Source: Candidatus Geohabitans tengchongensis (lineage in GTDB: Bacteria; Sysuimicrobiota; Sysuimicrobiia; Sysuimicrobiales; Humicultoraceae). Taken from it: DNA of 64,000 nucleotides. The position numbers and the translations under genes were made by a program. Where the stretch lies: contig JAVKIH010000007.1 of the NCBI GenBank assembly GCA_031459625.1, positions 6,173 to 70,172 on the forward strand, read 5' to 3'. A model generated the notes under the pieces. That model saw only the letters and a program-made list of their open reading frames with translations, was not told where the DNA came from and searched no databases. The first letter of the stretch is position 1. The number at the start of each line of letters is the position of its first letter. Below are positions 41,142 through 51,615 of this stretch, one piece after another.

Positions 41142-42050
41142 TCACCGCGGCGGCGGGGGCGTCGGCGGTGGTGTGGGTGTGGGTGTCGGCGTCCGTGTGG
41201 GGGTGGGCGTCGGCGCGGGCGTCGGCGTCCGCGTGGGGGTGGGGGTCGGGGTCGGCGTGGGCGTCGGTCGTGGTGTCGGCGTCGGTGTGGGCGCGGGCGT
41301 TGGCGTCGGAGGCGGAGTGGGTCGTGGGGTCGGCGTGGGCGTGGGCACGGGCGTGGGGGTTGGCGTGGGTGTGGGCGGCGCGATCGCCCGCCCGGGCGTC
41401 GGGCGCCCCGGGACCGTACCCCCTCCCCCGCTCCCGCCGCCCGCCCCTGTGGGGGCCGAGCGCAGGAACAGGTCGGTGCTCACCCGCCACAGGCCGAACG
41501 GCAACCGGGTGGAGCGGCGTACCCCCACGCGGGCCTGCAGCCTGACCACGTCCCCCGGCGCGGGTGAGGCGGTCGGCGTGCACCCCCCGGCCGCGTCGCA
41601 GTACTCGACGTGAAACTCCTCGATGCGCGCCGCCAGGACGATGGCCCCGGAGGTCACCGGGCAGCCCGGGCCCGTCCCGTCCACCAGCTCGCGCCGCAAC
41701 GTCGGCGGCGTGCTCGACCCGTCGTGCCGGAAGCGGACCCGGTAGCGGCACCCCGGGAAGATGGGGTTGTCCGGCGGGACCTCCACCGTGACCCGGTCGG
41801 GGCAGAGACTGCCGGTGCACCCCGCATCGGCCACGACCGCTTCGGCCCAGCGGACCTCCTCGGCCAGATGGTCCATCCCCCGGCGCGCAGCCTGCTGCGC
41901 CTCAAGGAACTCTCCGCTCACCAGGACCCCTGAGGCAGCGCTCACCGCCATCGCATAGAGCCCCACCGCGGCGATGGCGAGGACCGCCAGGGCCACGACC
42001 ACCTCCAGCAGGGAGAGGCCGCTGGCCATCAGCCGGCGAGACCTGGACAC
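41142..42050 (-). CDS. PilW-like minor pilin 1 with C-terminal Pro-Thr tail
   Basis: G|LSLLEVVV; QQAAR..EEVRWA; about 78-aa terminal PT repeat. Confidence 0.85.
   Translation of the reverse strand: MSRSRRLMASGLSLLEVVVALAVLAIAAVGLYAMAVSAASGVLVSGEFLEAQQAARRGMDHLAEEVRWAEAVVADAGCTGSLCPDRVTVEVPPDNPIFPGCRYRVRFRHDGSSTPPTLRRELVDGTGPGCPVTSGAIVLAARIEEFHVEYCDAAGGCTPTASPAPGDVVRLQARVGVRRSTRLPFGLWRVSTDLFLRSAPTGAGGGSGGGGTVPGRPTPGRAIAPPTPTPTPTPVPTPTPTPRPTPPPTPTPAPTPTPTPRPTPTPTPTPTPTRTPTPAPTPTPTRTPTPTPTPPPTPPPPR
41145..41378 (-). repeat. coding Pro-Thr hexanucleotide-type repeat tract
   Basis: Plus strand degenerate (GGNGTN)n; translates to (PT)n on the minus strand. Confidence 0.9.
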
Positions 42051-42061
42051 GCCCACCGCCC

Positions 42062-42631
42062 TCAACTCCGCCACCACATCCCGCGCAGGATCGCGGAGGA
42101 GAGTTCGGCCCGCAGCAGGCCGTCGTGGTAGACCCGCACGGTCACCCACTTGACCAGGTTGCTGTCCGTGGCGGCGTTCCCCGTGATGGGGCACGGGGGC
42201 CCGGTCGGGTCGCGGGCCACGCGGCAGGGCACCGGGGCGGACGCCATCGCCACCTGGTCCACCAGGATCTCGTAGGCGTAGGCCCCGAAGGGCGGGGCGA
42301 AGGGGGTCGGGCCTTGCGAGGTCAGGGCGTCCCAGGCCGCGGTCCACTGCGCCAGGGTGGGCTGGGCCTCGACGCGCGCCCGCACCTCCTCGAGCGTGCG
42401 GGCCGCCAGGTTCGCCGCCACCGTCGCGCTGCCGCTGCGGTTGGTCACGACCAGGATGGTGGCGGCAGCACGCGCCGCAAAGAGCAGCGCCAGTGCCGCC
42501 AGCGTGAGGGCCACCACGACTTCCAGCAAGGTGAGGCCGCGCTCGGCCCATCGTCCCTGCCCGCGGCGCGGGATCCGGGTCGGACGCGCACGGCAGGGAG
42601 GGTGAGACAGGTTTCCAGGCGGCCAGGGCAC
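42062..42631 (-). CDS. PilV-like minor pilin 1
   Basis: ERG|LTLLEVVV; PFGAYAY.ILV; VKWVTV.VY; GTG 42631 after GGAGGGAG. Confidence 0.8.
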   Translation of the reverse strand: MPWPPGNLSHPPCRARPTRIPRRGQGRWAERGLTLLEVVVALTLAALALLFAARAAATILVVTNRSGSATVAANLAARTLEEVRARVEAQPTLAQWTAAWDALTSQGPTPFAPPFGAYAYEILVDQVAMASAPVPCRVARDPTGPPCPITGNAATDSNLVKWVTVRVYHDGLLRAELSSAILRGMWWRS

Positions 42632-42828
42632 GAGACGCCACTCCCTCCACTCGGCCGTGAGTGCTGCAGCGACAAGGGTTGTCGGCTGGTCTGTGAACAC
42701 GGGCTCATTCGACGCCCCTGGCGCGCGTCCCTCGTTTCGCTACATTTGCTGACATTTGGTCGCAGGGGGATGGACGGGAGCGTGCCGGGAGTTTGGCCTG
42801 AACGTCCGGGGAAGTTCTCCCGATCCGG

Positions 42829-43350
42829 CTATGGGGCGAGCTCGACGCGGCCGCCCACGTTCACCACCACGCGGCGCTGCCCCCCGCCGGGCGTGCGCAG
42901 CACCACGGCCCCCGCGTTGGGGTTGCCGAACGGCGAGACGGTCATCGTGTTGCCCGCGAAGGAGGTGCTGGCCAGGTCGATGCGCGAGGGCAGGGTCACG
43001 GCCCGCAGCGGCTGCCAGCCGGTGGCCGGGCACCCGGTGGTGACGTCCCACGGATCGGTGGTGAACTGCAGGGTGTAGGCCTCGCCGGCCGGGTCGAAGG
43101 TCACCCGCCAGCAGCGCCGCTCGGTGCGGGCCCGCTGCTCCACCAGGCGCAGGTCCCCGACCAGCGTGCGGGCGGCGCCGGCCAGCCGGCGGTCGTCGAT
43201 GAGGCTGCGGCCCCCCAGGCTCAGCGCCAGGAGGATGCCCAGCAGCACCACCACCACGACCACCTCGACCAGCGAGAGGCCCTGCTGGTCACGGCCCGGT
43301 CCAGCGGAGGAGCGTCCCATCGCCATCCCTGTTCCGTCCGCCTCCGCCAT
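42829..43350 (-). CDS. FimT/FimU (GspH-like) minor pilin
   Basis: QQG|LSLVEVVV; C-terminal VVVNVGGRV. Confidence 0.82.
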   Translation of the reverse strand: MAEADGTGMAMGRSSAGPGRDQQGLSLVEVVVVVVLLGILLALSLGGRSLIDDRRLAGAARTLVGDLRLVEQRARTERRCWRVTFDPAGEAYTLQFTTDPWDVTTGCPATGWQPLRAVTLPSRIDLASTSFAGNTMTVSPFGNPNAGAVVLRTPGGGQRRVVVNVGGRVELAP

Positions 43351-43362
43351 GCCCCTGCCGGC

Positions 43363-45414
43363 CTAGTCGCGCACCAGCTCCTCCCAGATGGGGCGGTCGT
43401 AGAGGAGGTCGACGCGATCGCGCGGGTCGGGCATGTTGGGCCACAGCAGCGCGGTGAACTGCGTGGTCAGCGGGATGAACGGGGGGGCCGTGTTGTAGAG
43501 GAAGCGCTGGTCGAAGGCCATCTCGCGCCCGTACCCGGTGATGGGATCGAAGCCGCCGAACTCCCCGAAGCGCTTCTGGGTGGCCCCGCCCAGGAAGTGG
43601 AGGGTCCCCTTGTCGGGCAGCCTGTTCCACCCCTCCACCCAGAACTGTCCCCACGGCGCGAGCACCCCGGCGTCGATGTAGAGGTCGTTGGGGGTCATGT
43701 CCCCCACGACCGTCACGTCCCGGGGACGGATCCGCGGCGCGTCGTCGCGCGGGTTGCTCGCGTCGCAGGAGGACGGGTCGCCGGTGCGGGGGCTGGAGCA
43801 CCAGGCGTACAGCCCGAGCACGTTGGCCACCGGGTCAGTGGGCCCGGTGGGCGGCTGGGCGTAGACCAGGTGGTTGGTCACGCGGATCTCGCCGTCGGCG
43901 GCGATGGTCAGGCGGGTGTCGGGGTGCACGGTGCCGTACAGGCCGGTCCGCGGGTCGCGCGGATCGCTCAGCACGCTGCCGTTCACAAAGAGCATGCCGT
44001 TCCACTGCTTCCCCGTGTCGACGCAGGCGGCGTCGTTCCAGGCCACGGCCCCCGGACAGACGCGCACCGCTCCGCCCGGCAGGAGGACGAACTTCTTCGC
44101 CGGGACCGCGGGGTCGGCGTGCACGACCACGATCTCCTGCAGGCCGGCGCGGCAAGGCATCGCCGTGCACTGCAGCACCAGGTTGCGGACGTCCCCATGG
44201 ACGAAGATGCCGCCGCAGGTCGCCGCGGCGCACTCGTCCATGAAGTAGATGCCCGGGGGCAGCCGCACGCCGTTGATCGTCTGGTTGCGGGCGGCGACGT
44301 CGATGGCCGGGTCGGTGGTGCGGCTGCGCACCTGGGCTTCACTGGGCTGGAGGGGCCGCGTGGTGGGGGCATCGCCGATGACGGCGCGGAAGGGGCTGTA
44401 GTCCCCGGGCGGGTTCAGCACCTGCACGTTGTCGGCCGGCCCGCGCGCCAGCGGCGCGCCCTGGTAGGCCGGCCGGTCGCAGGACGGGTTGCTGTCCGCG
44501 GCGAGGAGCTGGGGCGTGCCGCAGTTGCCGAAAAGCACGTTGGACAGGACCTGGCTCACCGTGGAGCGGAACGTCGGGGCCCCCCAGATGGCGAAGCGGC
44601 TGTTCGTGTGCACCGGCCCGGAGAAGACCGTCGTGTCCACCAACCAGACCGGGTTGGTCGCGTCGAACGCCGTGTCCAGCGTGGCCGAGGCGAAGCAAAC
44701 GTAGCAGCGCAGCCCGATAACCAGGGGGAACCCCTGGTCGCTGTCCCATCGCGGGTCGCCCTTGTCGGGGGCGGCCAGCCAGGCGCCGCAGGCGGCGGTG
44801 TTGGCCACGGACTTCAGGCAGATGGTGCGGCGAGCCTCCTGGGTGACGCCGGTGGCCACGATGAAGTAGTCGAGCGGCATGCGGAAGTACTGCGGGGGGA
44901 AGGGCGGCGGTGGCTGGCAGTCGTTGGACCCCGGCCCCGGGGAGTTGTCGGCCGGCCGCACGTAGACCGTGGCGTACCACGCGCCCACGACGTTCCCCGC
45001 CGCGTCGCGGACCTCGATGGGGACGGCCGCGCTCCCCAGCGGGAGCCAGGCGTAGCGCTGCGCGTCGTCCTCCTGCCACTCGCCGGGGTCGCCGGCGAAG
45101 GCGGCCACCACCTTCCACGCCTGGCCGCGGTTGGTCTGGCACCAGGTGCGCAGGAGGTTGCCGTCGGCGAAGGTCACGCGGGCGGAGAGCTGGTTGGGGT
45201 GGCGCAACCGGTAGCGCAGCTCGGCCAGCGCGCGGTAGGCGCCGGCCTCGGCCAGGTGGAGCGCCTGGGCGCCGCGGCTCTGGGCGTAGGAGAGACCCGT
45301 CTCGCTCATCGTGGCCATGGCCAGCGCGGCCACGACGATGGTCAGGACGATGACGGCCAGAACGGCGCTCAACAGGGCCACGCCTGCCTGATCGCGACCG
45401 AGGGCCTTCCACAT
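43363..45414 (-). CDS. large PilX-like minor pilin 2 (PilX_N + DUF4900-like domain)
   Basis: QAG|VALLS; [14 protein letters not shown]; GPVHTN; GYGR..FDQR..PPFIP; paralog of 39139-41121. Confidence 0.8.
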   Translation of the reverse strand: MWKALGRDQAGVALLSAVLAVIVLTIVVAALAMATMSETGLSYAQSRGAQALHLAEAGAYRALAELRYRLRHPNQLSARVTFADGNLLRTWCQTNRGQAWKVVAAFAGDPGEWQEDDAQRYAWLPLGSAAVPIEVRDAAGNVVGAWYATVYVRPADNSPGPGSNDCQPPPPFPPQYFRMPLDYFIVATGVTQEARRTICLKSVANTAACGAWLAAPDKGDPRWDSDQGFPLVIGLRCYVCFASATLDTAFDATNPVWLVDTTVFSGPVHTNSRFAIWGAPTFRSTVSQVLSNVLFGNCGTPQLLAADSNPSCDRPAYQGAPLARGPADNVQVLNPPGDYSPFRAVIGDAPTTRPLQPSEAQVRSRTTDPAIDVAARNQTINGVRLPPGIYFMDECAAATCGGIFVHGDVRNLVLQCTAMPCRAGLQEIVVVHADPAVPAKKFVLLPGGAVRVCPGAVAWNDAACVDTGKQWNGMLFVNGSVLSDPRDPRTGLYGTVHPDTRLTIAADGEIRVTNHLVYAQPPTGPTDPVANVLGLYAWCSSPRTGDPSSCDASNPRDDAPRIRPRDVTVVGDMTPNDLYIDAGVLAPWGQFWVEGWNRLPDKGTLHFLGGATQKRFGEFGGFDPITGYGREMAFDQRFLYNTAPPFIPLTTQFTALLWPNMPDPRDRVDLLYDRPIWEELVRD

Positions 45415-45439
45415 CGTCGAGGTCACCTCTCCTCCTGGC

Positions 45440-46528
45440 TCAGCGGCCCCGCGGCGTCGGCTTGGGCGTCGGGGTCGGGGTCGGCGTCGGGGTCGGGGTC
45501 GGCGTCGGGGTCGGGGTCGGCGTCGGCCGCGGGGTCGGCGCAAGCGTGGGGGTGGGTGTCGGCGCCGGGGTCGGCCTGGGCGTCGGGGTGGGCGTCGGGG
45601 TGGGTTTGGGGCTCGGTGACGGGCTCGGTGTCGGCAGCGGGGTCGGTGGTGGCGGTGGCGGCGTGGGTCCCGGCGTGGGCGTCGGGGCCGGGGTGGGCGC
45701 CGGCGTCGGCGTCGGCTGGGGGGTCGGCGTGGGACTCGGTCGTGGCGTGGGGGTCGGTGTCGGCGCCGGGGTCGGGGTGGGAGGCGGGGTGGGCGTCGGC
45801 GTGGGGGTGGGCGTCGGGGTCGGCGTGGGGGTGGGCGCGCCGGCGCCGAGCGTCACGACCGGGCGCGGCGGCGGCGTGCCCGCCACCGGGGGAACAGGGA
45901 TCCCGGGCGTGGCCACCGCGCGGCGGAGGAAGACATCGCTCTGCACCGCACCCTCCAGGAGCCCGGCCCCCTGGGCCGGCGCCAGCCCGGCGGGGCGCGT
46001 CAGCCGCAGGTCCACCTGGATGCGGACGACGTTCAGGGGGATCGTGGTGGGCGCGTTCGCGGCGTCGAAGTAGCGGAAGACCACGTCGCTGACCTGCGTC
46101 GCCAGCACCGTGGTCGTCGTCGCGACGCCGCGCTCCTCCACGCGCTCGAGCTGCTGGCGGGCGGCGTTCAGCCGAAAGGTCACCCGGTAGGCGGTGCGGG
46201 TGAGCGGGTTGTCAGCGGGGATGGCGAGGGTGACGCAGTCGGGCGCGAGGGCCGGCGCCGGACAGGCCAGGGTGGCCACGTCCACGCCGGCGGCCCACCG
46301 GGCTTCCTGGGCGATGCGCGAGAGGCCGACGCGGGCCTGCTGCTGCACCTCCATGAAGGCCTCGTTCACACTCGCCGAGCGCAGCGACTCGCGCACCATC
46401 CCGTACAGCGACCCGACGACGATCACCAGGACGGCGATCCCCACGAGGACTTCGAGCAGGGTGACGCCGCGCGTGGCCCGCGGTGGCGGCCAGCGCCGCA
46501 GCGTGGGGATGGGACCGCGCCGGCGCAT
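45440..46528 (-). CDS. PilW-like minor pilin 2 with C-terminal Pro-Thr tail
   Basis: TRG|VTLLEVLV; QQQAR..QEARWA; FRYFDA; about 130-aa terminal PT repeat. Confidence 0.87.
   Translation of the reverse strand: MRRRGPIPTLRRWPPPRATRGVTLLEVLVGIAVLVIVVGSLYGMVRESLRSASVNEAFMEVQQQARVGLSRIAQEARWAAGVDVATLACPAPALAPDCVTLAIPADNPLTRTAYRVTFRLNAARQQLERVEERGVATTTTVLATQVSDVVFRYFDAANAPTTIPLNVVRIQVDLRLTRPAGLAPAQGAGLLEGAVQSDVFLRRAVATPGIPVPPVAGTPPPRPVVTLGAGAPTPTPTPTPTPTPTPTPPPTPTPAPTPTPTPRPSPTPTPQPTPTPAPTPAPTPTPGPTPPPPPPTPLPTPSPSPSPKPTPTPTPTPRPTPAPTPTPTLAPTPRPTPTPTPTPTPTPTPTPTPTPKPTPRGR
45443..45836 (-). repeat. coding Pro-Thr repeat tract including 3.3 perfect 18-bp units
   Basis: (GGCGTCGGGGTCGGGGTC) x3 at 45465-45518 within a longer degenerate (GGNGTN)n tract. 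Confidence 0.9.
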
Positions 46529-46531
46529 GGG

Positions 46532-47167
46532 CTAGCGGTGGTACGCCCCCCGCAGGATGGCCGTCGTCATGCGCACGACGCAGATGGCCTCGTCGGGCAG
46601 GGCTGCAGGGTCGAGCTGGCAGGAGACGTGCGGTGGGGGCCGGCGCGTTGTCCCCTCGCCCGGCACGGGACGGGCGCGGAAGTAGACCTCGACCGTCACC
46701 CAGCGGACCCGGTCGTCCACCGAGGGGTCCTCGTCGCGCGCGCAGTCCGGGGCGTAGGGGGAGGCGCCCGGGAGGCTCGGCTCGACGTTCCAGGCCGGCA
46801 GGAGGAGCGCCTCCTGGCCCGCCCGCGCCGTCACCGCCGCCTCGTTCACCAGGATCCGGTAGCTGTACGCCCCGAAGGGCGCCGCGAATGGGATCGGGGG
46901 ATCGCTGGGGTTGGGCGGGGTGTTGGCGATGGCGCAGAAGGCGTTCCGCCAGCCCACGCGGGTCGTCTGGGCCTCCACCGACGTGCGCAGCTGCTCCAGT
47001 TGACGTGCCGCCAGTCCCGTCGCCACCGTCACGCTCCCGCCCTGGGCGGTGACGCTGAGGATCGTGAGGAAGGCCCGGGTGATCAGGAGGATGACGGCCG
47101 CCAGCAGCGACAGCGCCACCAGGATCTCGATGAGCGTAAATCCCCGCTGGCCTCTCATCCGGCCCAT
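46532..47167 (-). CDS. PilV-like minor pilin 2
   Basis: QRG|FTLIEILV; PFAAPFGAYSY.ILV; VRWVTVEVY; paralog of 42062-42631. Confidence 0.85.
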   Translation of the reverse strand: MGRMRGQRGFTLIEILVALSLLAAVILLITRAFLTILSVTAQGGSVTVATGLAARQLEQLRTSVEAQTTRVGWRNAFCAIANTPPNPSDPPIPFAAPFGAYSYRILVNEAAVTARAGQEALLLPAWNVEPSLPGASPYAPDCARDEDPSVDDRVRWVTVEVYFRARPVPGEGTTRRPPPHVSCQLDPAALPDEAICVVRMTTAILRGAYHR

Positions 47168-47410
47168 CCCGGCTCCCCTCCCGAAGACCGTGCCCCGTTG
47201 GCGTGCGCTCCAGACCGTCCCCCGCGCTCCCCGAGGCGACATGCCCGGCCGGGGGAGGCCCGATCCGCACGCCGGCCGGGCTGCCGCCCGGTATGGGAAA
47301 CGGCCGGTTCCGGTGGATTTTCCGGGGGTGGTCAGGCGTCTGTCCGTCCGCCGGATGGCGGCGCCCCTGGGCCCCACCAGGGCTGGGTGTGGTGACGATC
47401 CCCTCCGGCG

Positions 47411-49282
47411 TCACGGCGACCGCTGGGGCACGGGGATCTCCTGCCAGACCGGCTTGTCGTAGAGACTGTCGGGCGGGCGTCGCACCGCCGCGAAGCGCGC
47501 CGACCGCGGCAGGGCCGGGGGGGTCCGGTCCTGCAGCCGCCTGTCGTGGCGGATCACCCGGGCGTACCCCCGCCGCAGGTCCGCCAGGGGGTCGAAGGAT
47601 CCCACCGGGCCAAAGGTGGCCTGCACGATGCCGCCCAGCAAGTGGAAGGTCCCGCGGTCCTCCACCGTGTCGTGCCCGTCCACGGCGAAGCGGCCACGGG
47701 GGGCGAGCACCACCGCATCGACGTAGAGGTCGCGGGGCGCCTCGGCCCCGTCCACCAGCACGCTGCCCGTCGTGCTGTAGAGCGCCAGGAGGTTCACCGC
47801 CTCGCCCCCCCGCCCGGGCGGCTCGGCGTAGACCAGGTGGTCCACCAGACGGATGTCGCCCGAGGCGGCGATGGTCAGGACGCTGTCGCGGTGCACCGTT
47901 CCCGACAGGCCCCTGATCGCCCCTTCGACGAAGACGACCCCGTTGGGACGGCCCCGGTAGGTGCGGCCGGCCCCGGCGCGCTCGCCCTGGCCGACCCGCA
48001 CCTCTTCCGCGGCCCAGTCGATCTCCACGCGCCAGACCGGCGACCGTCCCTCGGCCAGCCGCAGCAGGATCACCTGGCGGGGGCCCTCGGCGGCCAGCAC
48101 CATGCGCTCCACGTCGCCGCGGATGTAGAGCCCGCCCGGCCGCCGCGTGTCCGGGTGACGCACCGAGACGCCGTCGTTGGCCACGAGCACCGCGCCACGC
48201 GCGCCGGCCTGGTCGGCGGTCGCGCGCTGGATGTCGGCGTCGACCGGGTCGGGCCCCTCGGGGTCGAGCCCCAGGGCCGCGCGCGCCGGCTTCGGCGGGC
48301 TGTCCGGGAAGGCCACGCGCGAGACGCCCAGGTGTGGCTGCCCGCCCCGGTACACCGGGTGGTCGCCCGCACAGCTCCCGCTCCTGGGATTGTCGGCCTG
48401 CCGCAGGCTCACCGGCGCGCCGCAGTTGCCGAAGCGGATCGTGGGCGCCGCGCTGCTCACCGGGCCCCCGAAGACCGGCGCCCCCCAGATCCACCACTCC
48501 CCGTTGGTGTGCGCGGGGCCGTCCACCACGGTGCCGTCGGTGAGCCAGGTCTCTGAGGTGTCCAGCAGCAGGAGCGCCCACCGCGCCAGGCTGGCCCGCT
48601 CCAGTAGGAGTTCCACCGGCCGGTCGGGCGGGCTGCTCAGGCGCACGCCGCGCCGCGCCCCCCCGGCCGACCCCACGGAGAGGACCTCGTAGTGGACGAA
48701 GAACCGGTAGCGTTCCTCCGCCTCGGCGCCGGACCGGCATTCCGGCGGTGGCGCGTCACCGCCGGCGGAACGGACCCGGACCGCGGCGGTGAACGTGCCG
48801 ACCTCTCGCCCGTCCCGGCCCAGCGCCGCGATGGGTCGTCCGCCGCCCAGCGCCAGCACCGCCTCACTGCGGCCGGGATCGGCCCCCCAGTCGCTGGGAC
48901 CCTCGAAGTGGGCAAACTCCGCCACGACCATGGCGCCCTGGTCGGATGCGCACCACGCCGCCAGTACGTCACCTATCGCCGTGGCCAGACGGGCGTCGAG
49001 CTGCACGGCGAGGCGGTGGCGCAGCTCCGCCAGGGCACGGTAGGCCCCGGCCTCGGCCAGGAAGAGGGCCTGGGCCCCGCGCAATTGCCCGCTGGAGAGG
49101 GCCGTCTCGCTCATCGTCGCCACCACGAGCGCGCCGACCAGCAGCGTGACGATGAGGATGACCCCCAGCACGGTGACGAAGATGACCCCGTCCTCCCGCC
49201 CCAGCGGGCCTCCCCGGCCGGAGGTCAGCCGCATGCGCAGCGCCGCACCTCGCACCGGGGCGGGACGGGTGTGCCGGGGCAT
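47411..49282 (-). CDS. large PilX-like minor pilin 3 (PilX_N + DUF4900-like domain)
   Basis: EDG|VIFVT; [14 protein letters not shown]; GPAHTN; GYAR..HDRR..PP; alternative start 49234. Confidence 0.8.
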   Translation of the reverse strand: MPRHTRPAPVRGAALRMRLTSGRGGPLGREDGVIFVTVLGVILIVTLLVGALVVATMSETALSSGQLRGAQALFLAEAGAYRALAELRHRLAVQLDARLATAIGDVLAAWCASDQGAMVVAEFAHFEGPSDWGADPGRSEAVLALGGGRPIAALGRDGREVGTFTAAVRVRSAGGDAPPPECRSGAEAEERYRFFVHYEVLSVGSAGGARRGVRLSSPPDRPVELLLERASLARWALLLLDTSETWLTDGTVVDGPAHTNGEWWIWGAPVFGGPVSSAAPTIRFGNCGAPVSLRQADNPRSGSCAGDHPVYRGGQPHLGVSRVAFPDSPPKPARAALGLDPEGPDPVDADIQRATADQAGARGAVLVANDGVSVRHPDTRRPGGLYIRGDVERMVLAAEGPRQVILLRLAEGRSPVWRVEIDWAAEEVRVGQGERAGAGRTYRGRPNGVVFVEGAIRGLSGTVHRDSVLTIAASGDIRLVDHLVYAEPPGRGGEAVNLLALYSTTGSVLVDGAEAPRDLYVDAVVLAPRGRFAVDGHDTVEDRGTFHLLGGIVQATFGPVGSFDPLADLRRGYARVIRHDRRLQDRTPPALPRSARFAAVRRPPDSLYDKPVWQEIPVPQRSP

Positions 49283-49286
49283 GGAA

Positions 49287-50123
49287 TCAGCGCGGGTAGC
49301 CGGCGGGCGCGTGGGTGGGGGCGGGGGCGGGTCGCTCCTCCGTGGAAGCGGTCTCGTCCTCCGGCACGGCCTCGCCCGAGCCTGGCGGCCGCTCTCCCCT
49401 AGCCCGGGCGGAGGGCTGCGCTCGGTCATCGGCGGTGAGCGCCGTCACGGGCCGAGGGGTGGGCCGCCAGGAGAGATCCCGTCCGGGTTCACCGGCGAGC
49501 GGCTCGGTCGGAACGGGCGAGGGGAGCTCCGCCACCCCGACGTTGCGGAGGAGGATGTCGGCCGGTGTGGTCCTGCGCACGCCCCTCCCGCCGGGGGAGG
49601 CCGTGGTCACCTCGACCTGCAGGCGGGCCACCTCGCGGGCGTGGGCGGGCTGCCCACCCTGCGCGGTCAGGTACCGGAAGGTGAGCTGGGCGACGCCGGA
49701 GGCGAGCACCGCCTCCTGGCCGTCCTGGCGGCGCACCACCTCCTGGCGCCGCGGGTCGTACCGGAACTCCACCCCGTAGGGGCGGCCCGGACGGATGGGA
49801 TTGGCGGCGGGGATGCGCAGCGCCACCCGGTCGGGGCACAGGCCGGTTGCCCCGCACCCGGCGAGAGGCAGGATCGCTTCCGCCCACCGGACTTCCTCGC
49901 CCAGCCGCTCGGCCACGAGGCGCCCCGCCTGCTGGGCATCCAGGGCATCCTCCACCAGTCCAAAGGACTGCATGGCGGTGAGGACCAGGCCGTAGACCCC
50001 CGCCAGGGCGACGGCCACGACGGCCAGGCCGACGACGATCTCGATGAGGGTGTAGCCGGCATCGCTCCCGGAGCGCTCGGCGTCGCCTCGGTCGAGTTCG
50101 CAGCCCCGGCGCATGGCGGGCAT
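49287..50123 (-). CDS. PilW-like minor pilin 3 (no PT tail)
   Basis: DAG|YTLIEIVV; QQAGR..EEVRWA; LCPDRV..IP..NPI shared with paralog 1. Confidence 0.83.
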   Translation of the reverse strand: MPAMRRGCELDRGDAERSGSDAGYTLIEIVVGLAVVAVALAGVYGLVLTAMQSFGLVEDALDAQQAGRLVAERLGEEVRWAEAILPLAGCGATGLCPDRVALRIPAANPIRPGRPYGVEFRYDPRRQEVVRRQDGQEAVLASGVAQLTFRYLTAQGGQPAHAREVARLQVEVTTASPGGRGVRRTTPADILLRNVGVAELPSPVPTEPLAGEPGRDLSWRPTPRPVTALTADDRAQPSARARGERPPGSGEAVPEDETASTEERPAPAPTHAPAGYPR

Positions 50124-50337
50124 ATCCCCTCCTGACGCGGCCGGTCTCTGGGCGCACGCAGGAGCCCGGAGTGGCGGGGATGGGGAACCGTGGAGGGAGC
50201 GTAGCACGGGACCTTCCTTAAACCTACTACCGGATCAGCCAGAACCCTCCTCCCCCCCGGCCCCGGTCCTGGCGGAATCCCGGTCCCGTTCCGGCGTATC
50301 CTCAGGACAACGGCCTCCGGAGCCGAGCGAGGGACGC

Positions 50338-51615
50338 GTGGAGGAGGGACGCGTGGAGACCGGCGAGGTCGCGGAGGAGACGAGGGAGGCGCTGAGGGAG
50401 CCCTCACACGCGCTCGAACGCAGGAGCCGCGGGCGGCCCGCCGGCTCCGCGGCGCAGGTGGACGCGCGCCGCACAGCGGCAGAAACCTTGCTCGTCTTCG
50501 CCGCCGTCCTGGCCGTCTACCTGGCCGCTACGCCCCGGACGAACCAGGCCTACCGCCACTTCGTCTACCAGGCGGACGCCTTCCTCCACGGCCACGTCGA
50601 CCTGCGCGGCCTCCCGGCGTACTACCACGACGTCGTCCACCTGGATGGGAAGGTCTACGCCCCCTTCCCCCCGGTGCCGGCCGTCCTCCTCCTCCCTCTG
50701 GTGGCGGTGGTGGGGACGGACCTGGACCAGGGGCGGGTCGGGCAGGTATTGGCCGCGCTCGCCGTCGCCGTCTTCACGGCGGGGCTGCGCCGGCTGGGAC
50801 TGCCCCGGGCGGTGCGCCTGTGCACCGCGGCGGCGCTGGCCTTCGGGAGCGTGCTGTGGCCTGCCACGGCCATCGGCACGACCTGGTTCTTCGCCCAGGT
50901 GGTCGTGGTGCTGGCGGCGGCGGCGCTGGTCTGGGAGCTGGCCGGGCCGGCTCGAGGCGCGGTGGCAGGTGCACTCCTGGCGGCAGCCTGGCTGAGCCGG
51001 GTGAGCCTGCTCCCGGCAGCGCCGGCGGTAGCCCTGTGCCTCTGGACCCGCCACCGCCGGCCTACAGCCCTGTGGGCCTTCGCCGCGGTGCAGGTCGTGG
51101 GGCTCCTCATCTATCTGGCCTTCAACCAGGCCCGTTTCGGGGACCCCCTGCAGCTCGGGTACCGCCTCCTCTCGATGGGGGCGCCCAACGCGGAGGCGGT
51201 GGCGCGGTGGGGCTTCTTCAACGTGCGCTACATCCCCCACCACCTCTACGCCATGTTCCTCCAGGGGCCGGAACTGATGGAGGGACCTCCCTTCCTCCGC
51301 CCCTCCCCATGGGGCCTCGCCTTGATCTTCACGAGCCCGCTCGCGGCGCGGCTCCTCTTCACGCCGCCACCCCCGGAGGTCTGGTGGCCGTGGGGCGCTG
51401 TCGTCCTCTCGCTCGTGCTGCCGATGCTGGCCTACTTCTCGGTGGGGTGGGTGCAGTTCGGGTACCGCTACAGTCTGGACTGGTGGGTCTTCCTGCTGGT
51501 GCCGCTGGCCTACGCGCTGCGGCCCGCGCCACGCGTGGTGGACTACCTGCTGCTCGCCGCCGGGATCGCCATGAACGCGCTCGGCGTCTACTGGGTGCAA
51601 CGGCTGGGGTGGTGA
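50338..51615 (+). CDS. GT-C fold integral membrane glycosyltransferase
   Basis: Multi-TM; QADAFLHG, YAPFPP, TWFFAQ, N.ARFG.P, GWVQFGYRYSLD. Confidence 0.7.
   Translation: MEEGRVETGEVAEETREALREPSHALERRSRGRPAGSAAQVDARRTAAETLLVFAAVLAVYLAATPRTNQAYRHFVYQADAFLHGHVDLRGLPAYYHDVVHLDGKVYAPFPPVPAVLLLPLVAVVGTDLDQGRVGQVLAALAVAVFTAGLRRLGLPRAVRLCTAAALAFGSVLWPATAIGTTWFFAQVVVVLAAAALVWELAGPARGAVAGALLAAAWLSRVSLLPAAPAVALCLWTRHRRPTALWAFAAVQVVGLLIYLAFNQARFGDPLQLGYRLLSMGAPNAEAVARWGFFNVRYIPHHLYAMFLQGPELMEGPPFLRPSPWGLALIFTSPLAARLLFTPPPPEVWWPWGAVVLSLVLPMLAYFSVGWVQFGYRYSLDWWVFLLVPLAYALRPAPRVVDYLLLAAGIAMNALGVYWVQRLGW

Noticed and set aside
39139-41820. PilX1 frame stays open through the PT repeat of PilW1, suggesting a programmed frameshift fusion
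   Set aside because: PilX1 has its own RBS, ATG and class III signal; stop-free alternative frames are trivial in C-rich repeats; no slippery site seen.
42540-42560. Possible frameshift at ATGGGCCGAG in pilV1 (MAERG|LTLLE if one G is removed)
   Set aside because: An in-frame GTG with a good SD at 42631 gives an intact gene, and long leaders are common in these pilins.
45440-45840. Repeat tracts as CRISPR or non-coding arrays; the antisense (GV)n ORF 45462-46073
   Set aside because: No repeat-spacer structure and no cas genes; the tracts are in-frame PT codons of pilin genes.
50329-50358. Perfect 15-bp tandem duplication GAGGGACGCGTGGAG at the GT-C start
   Set aside because: In-frame duplication of RBS plus GTG; likely neutral slippage with no evidence of function.
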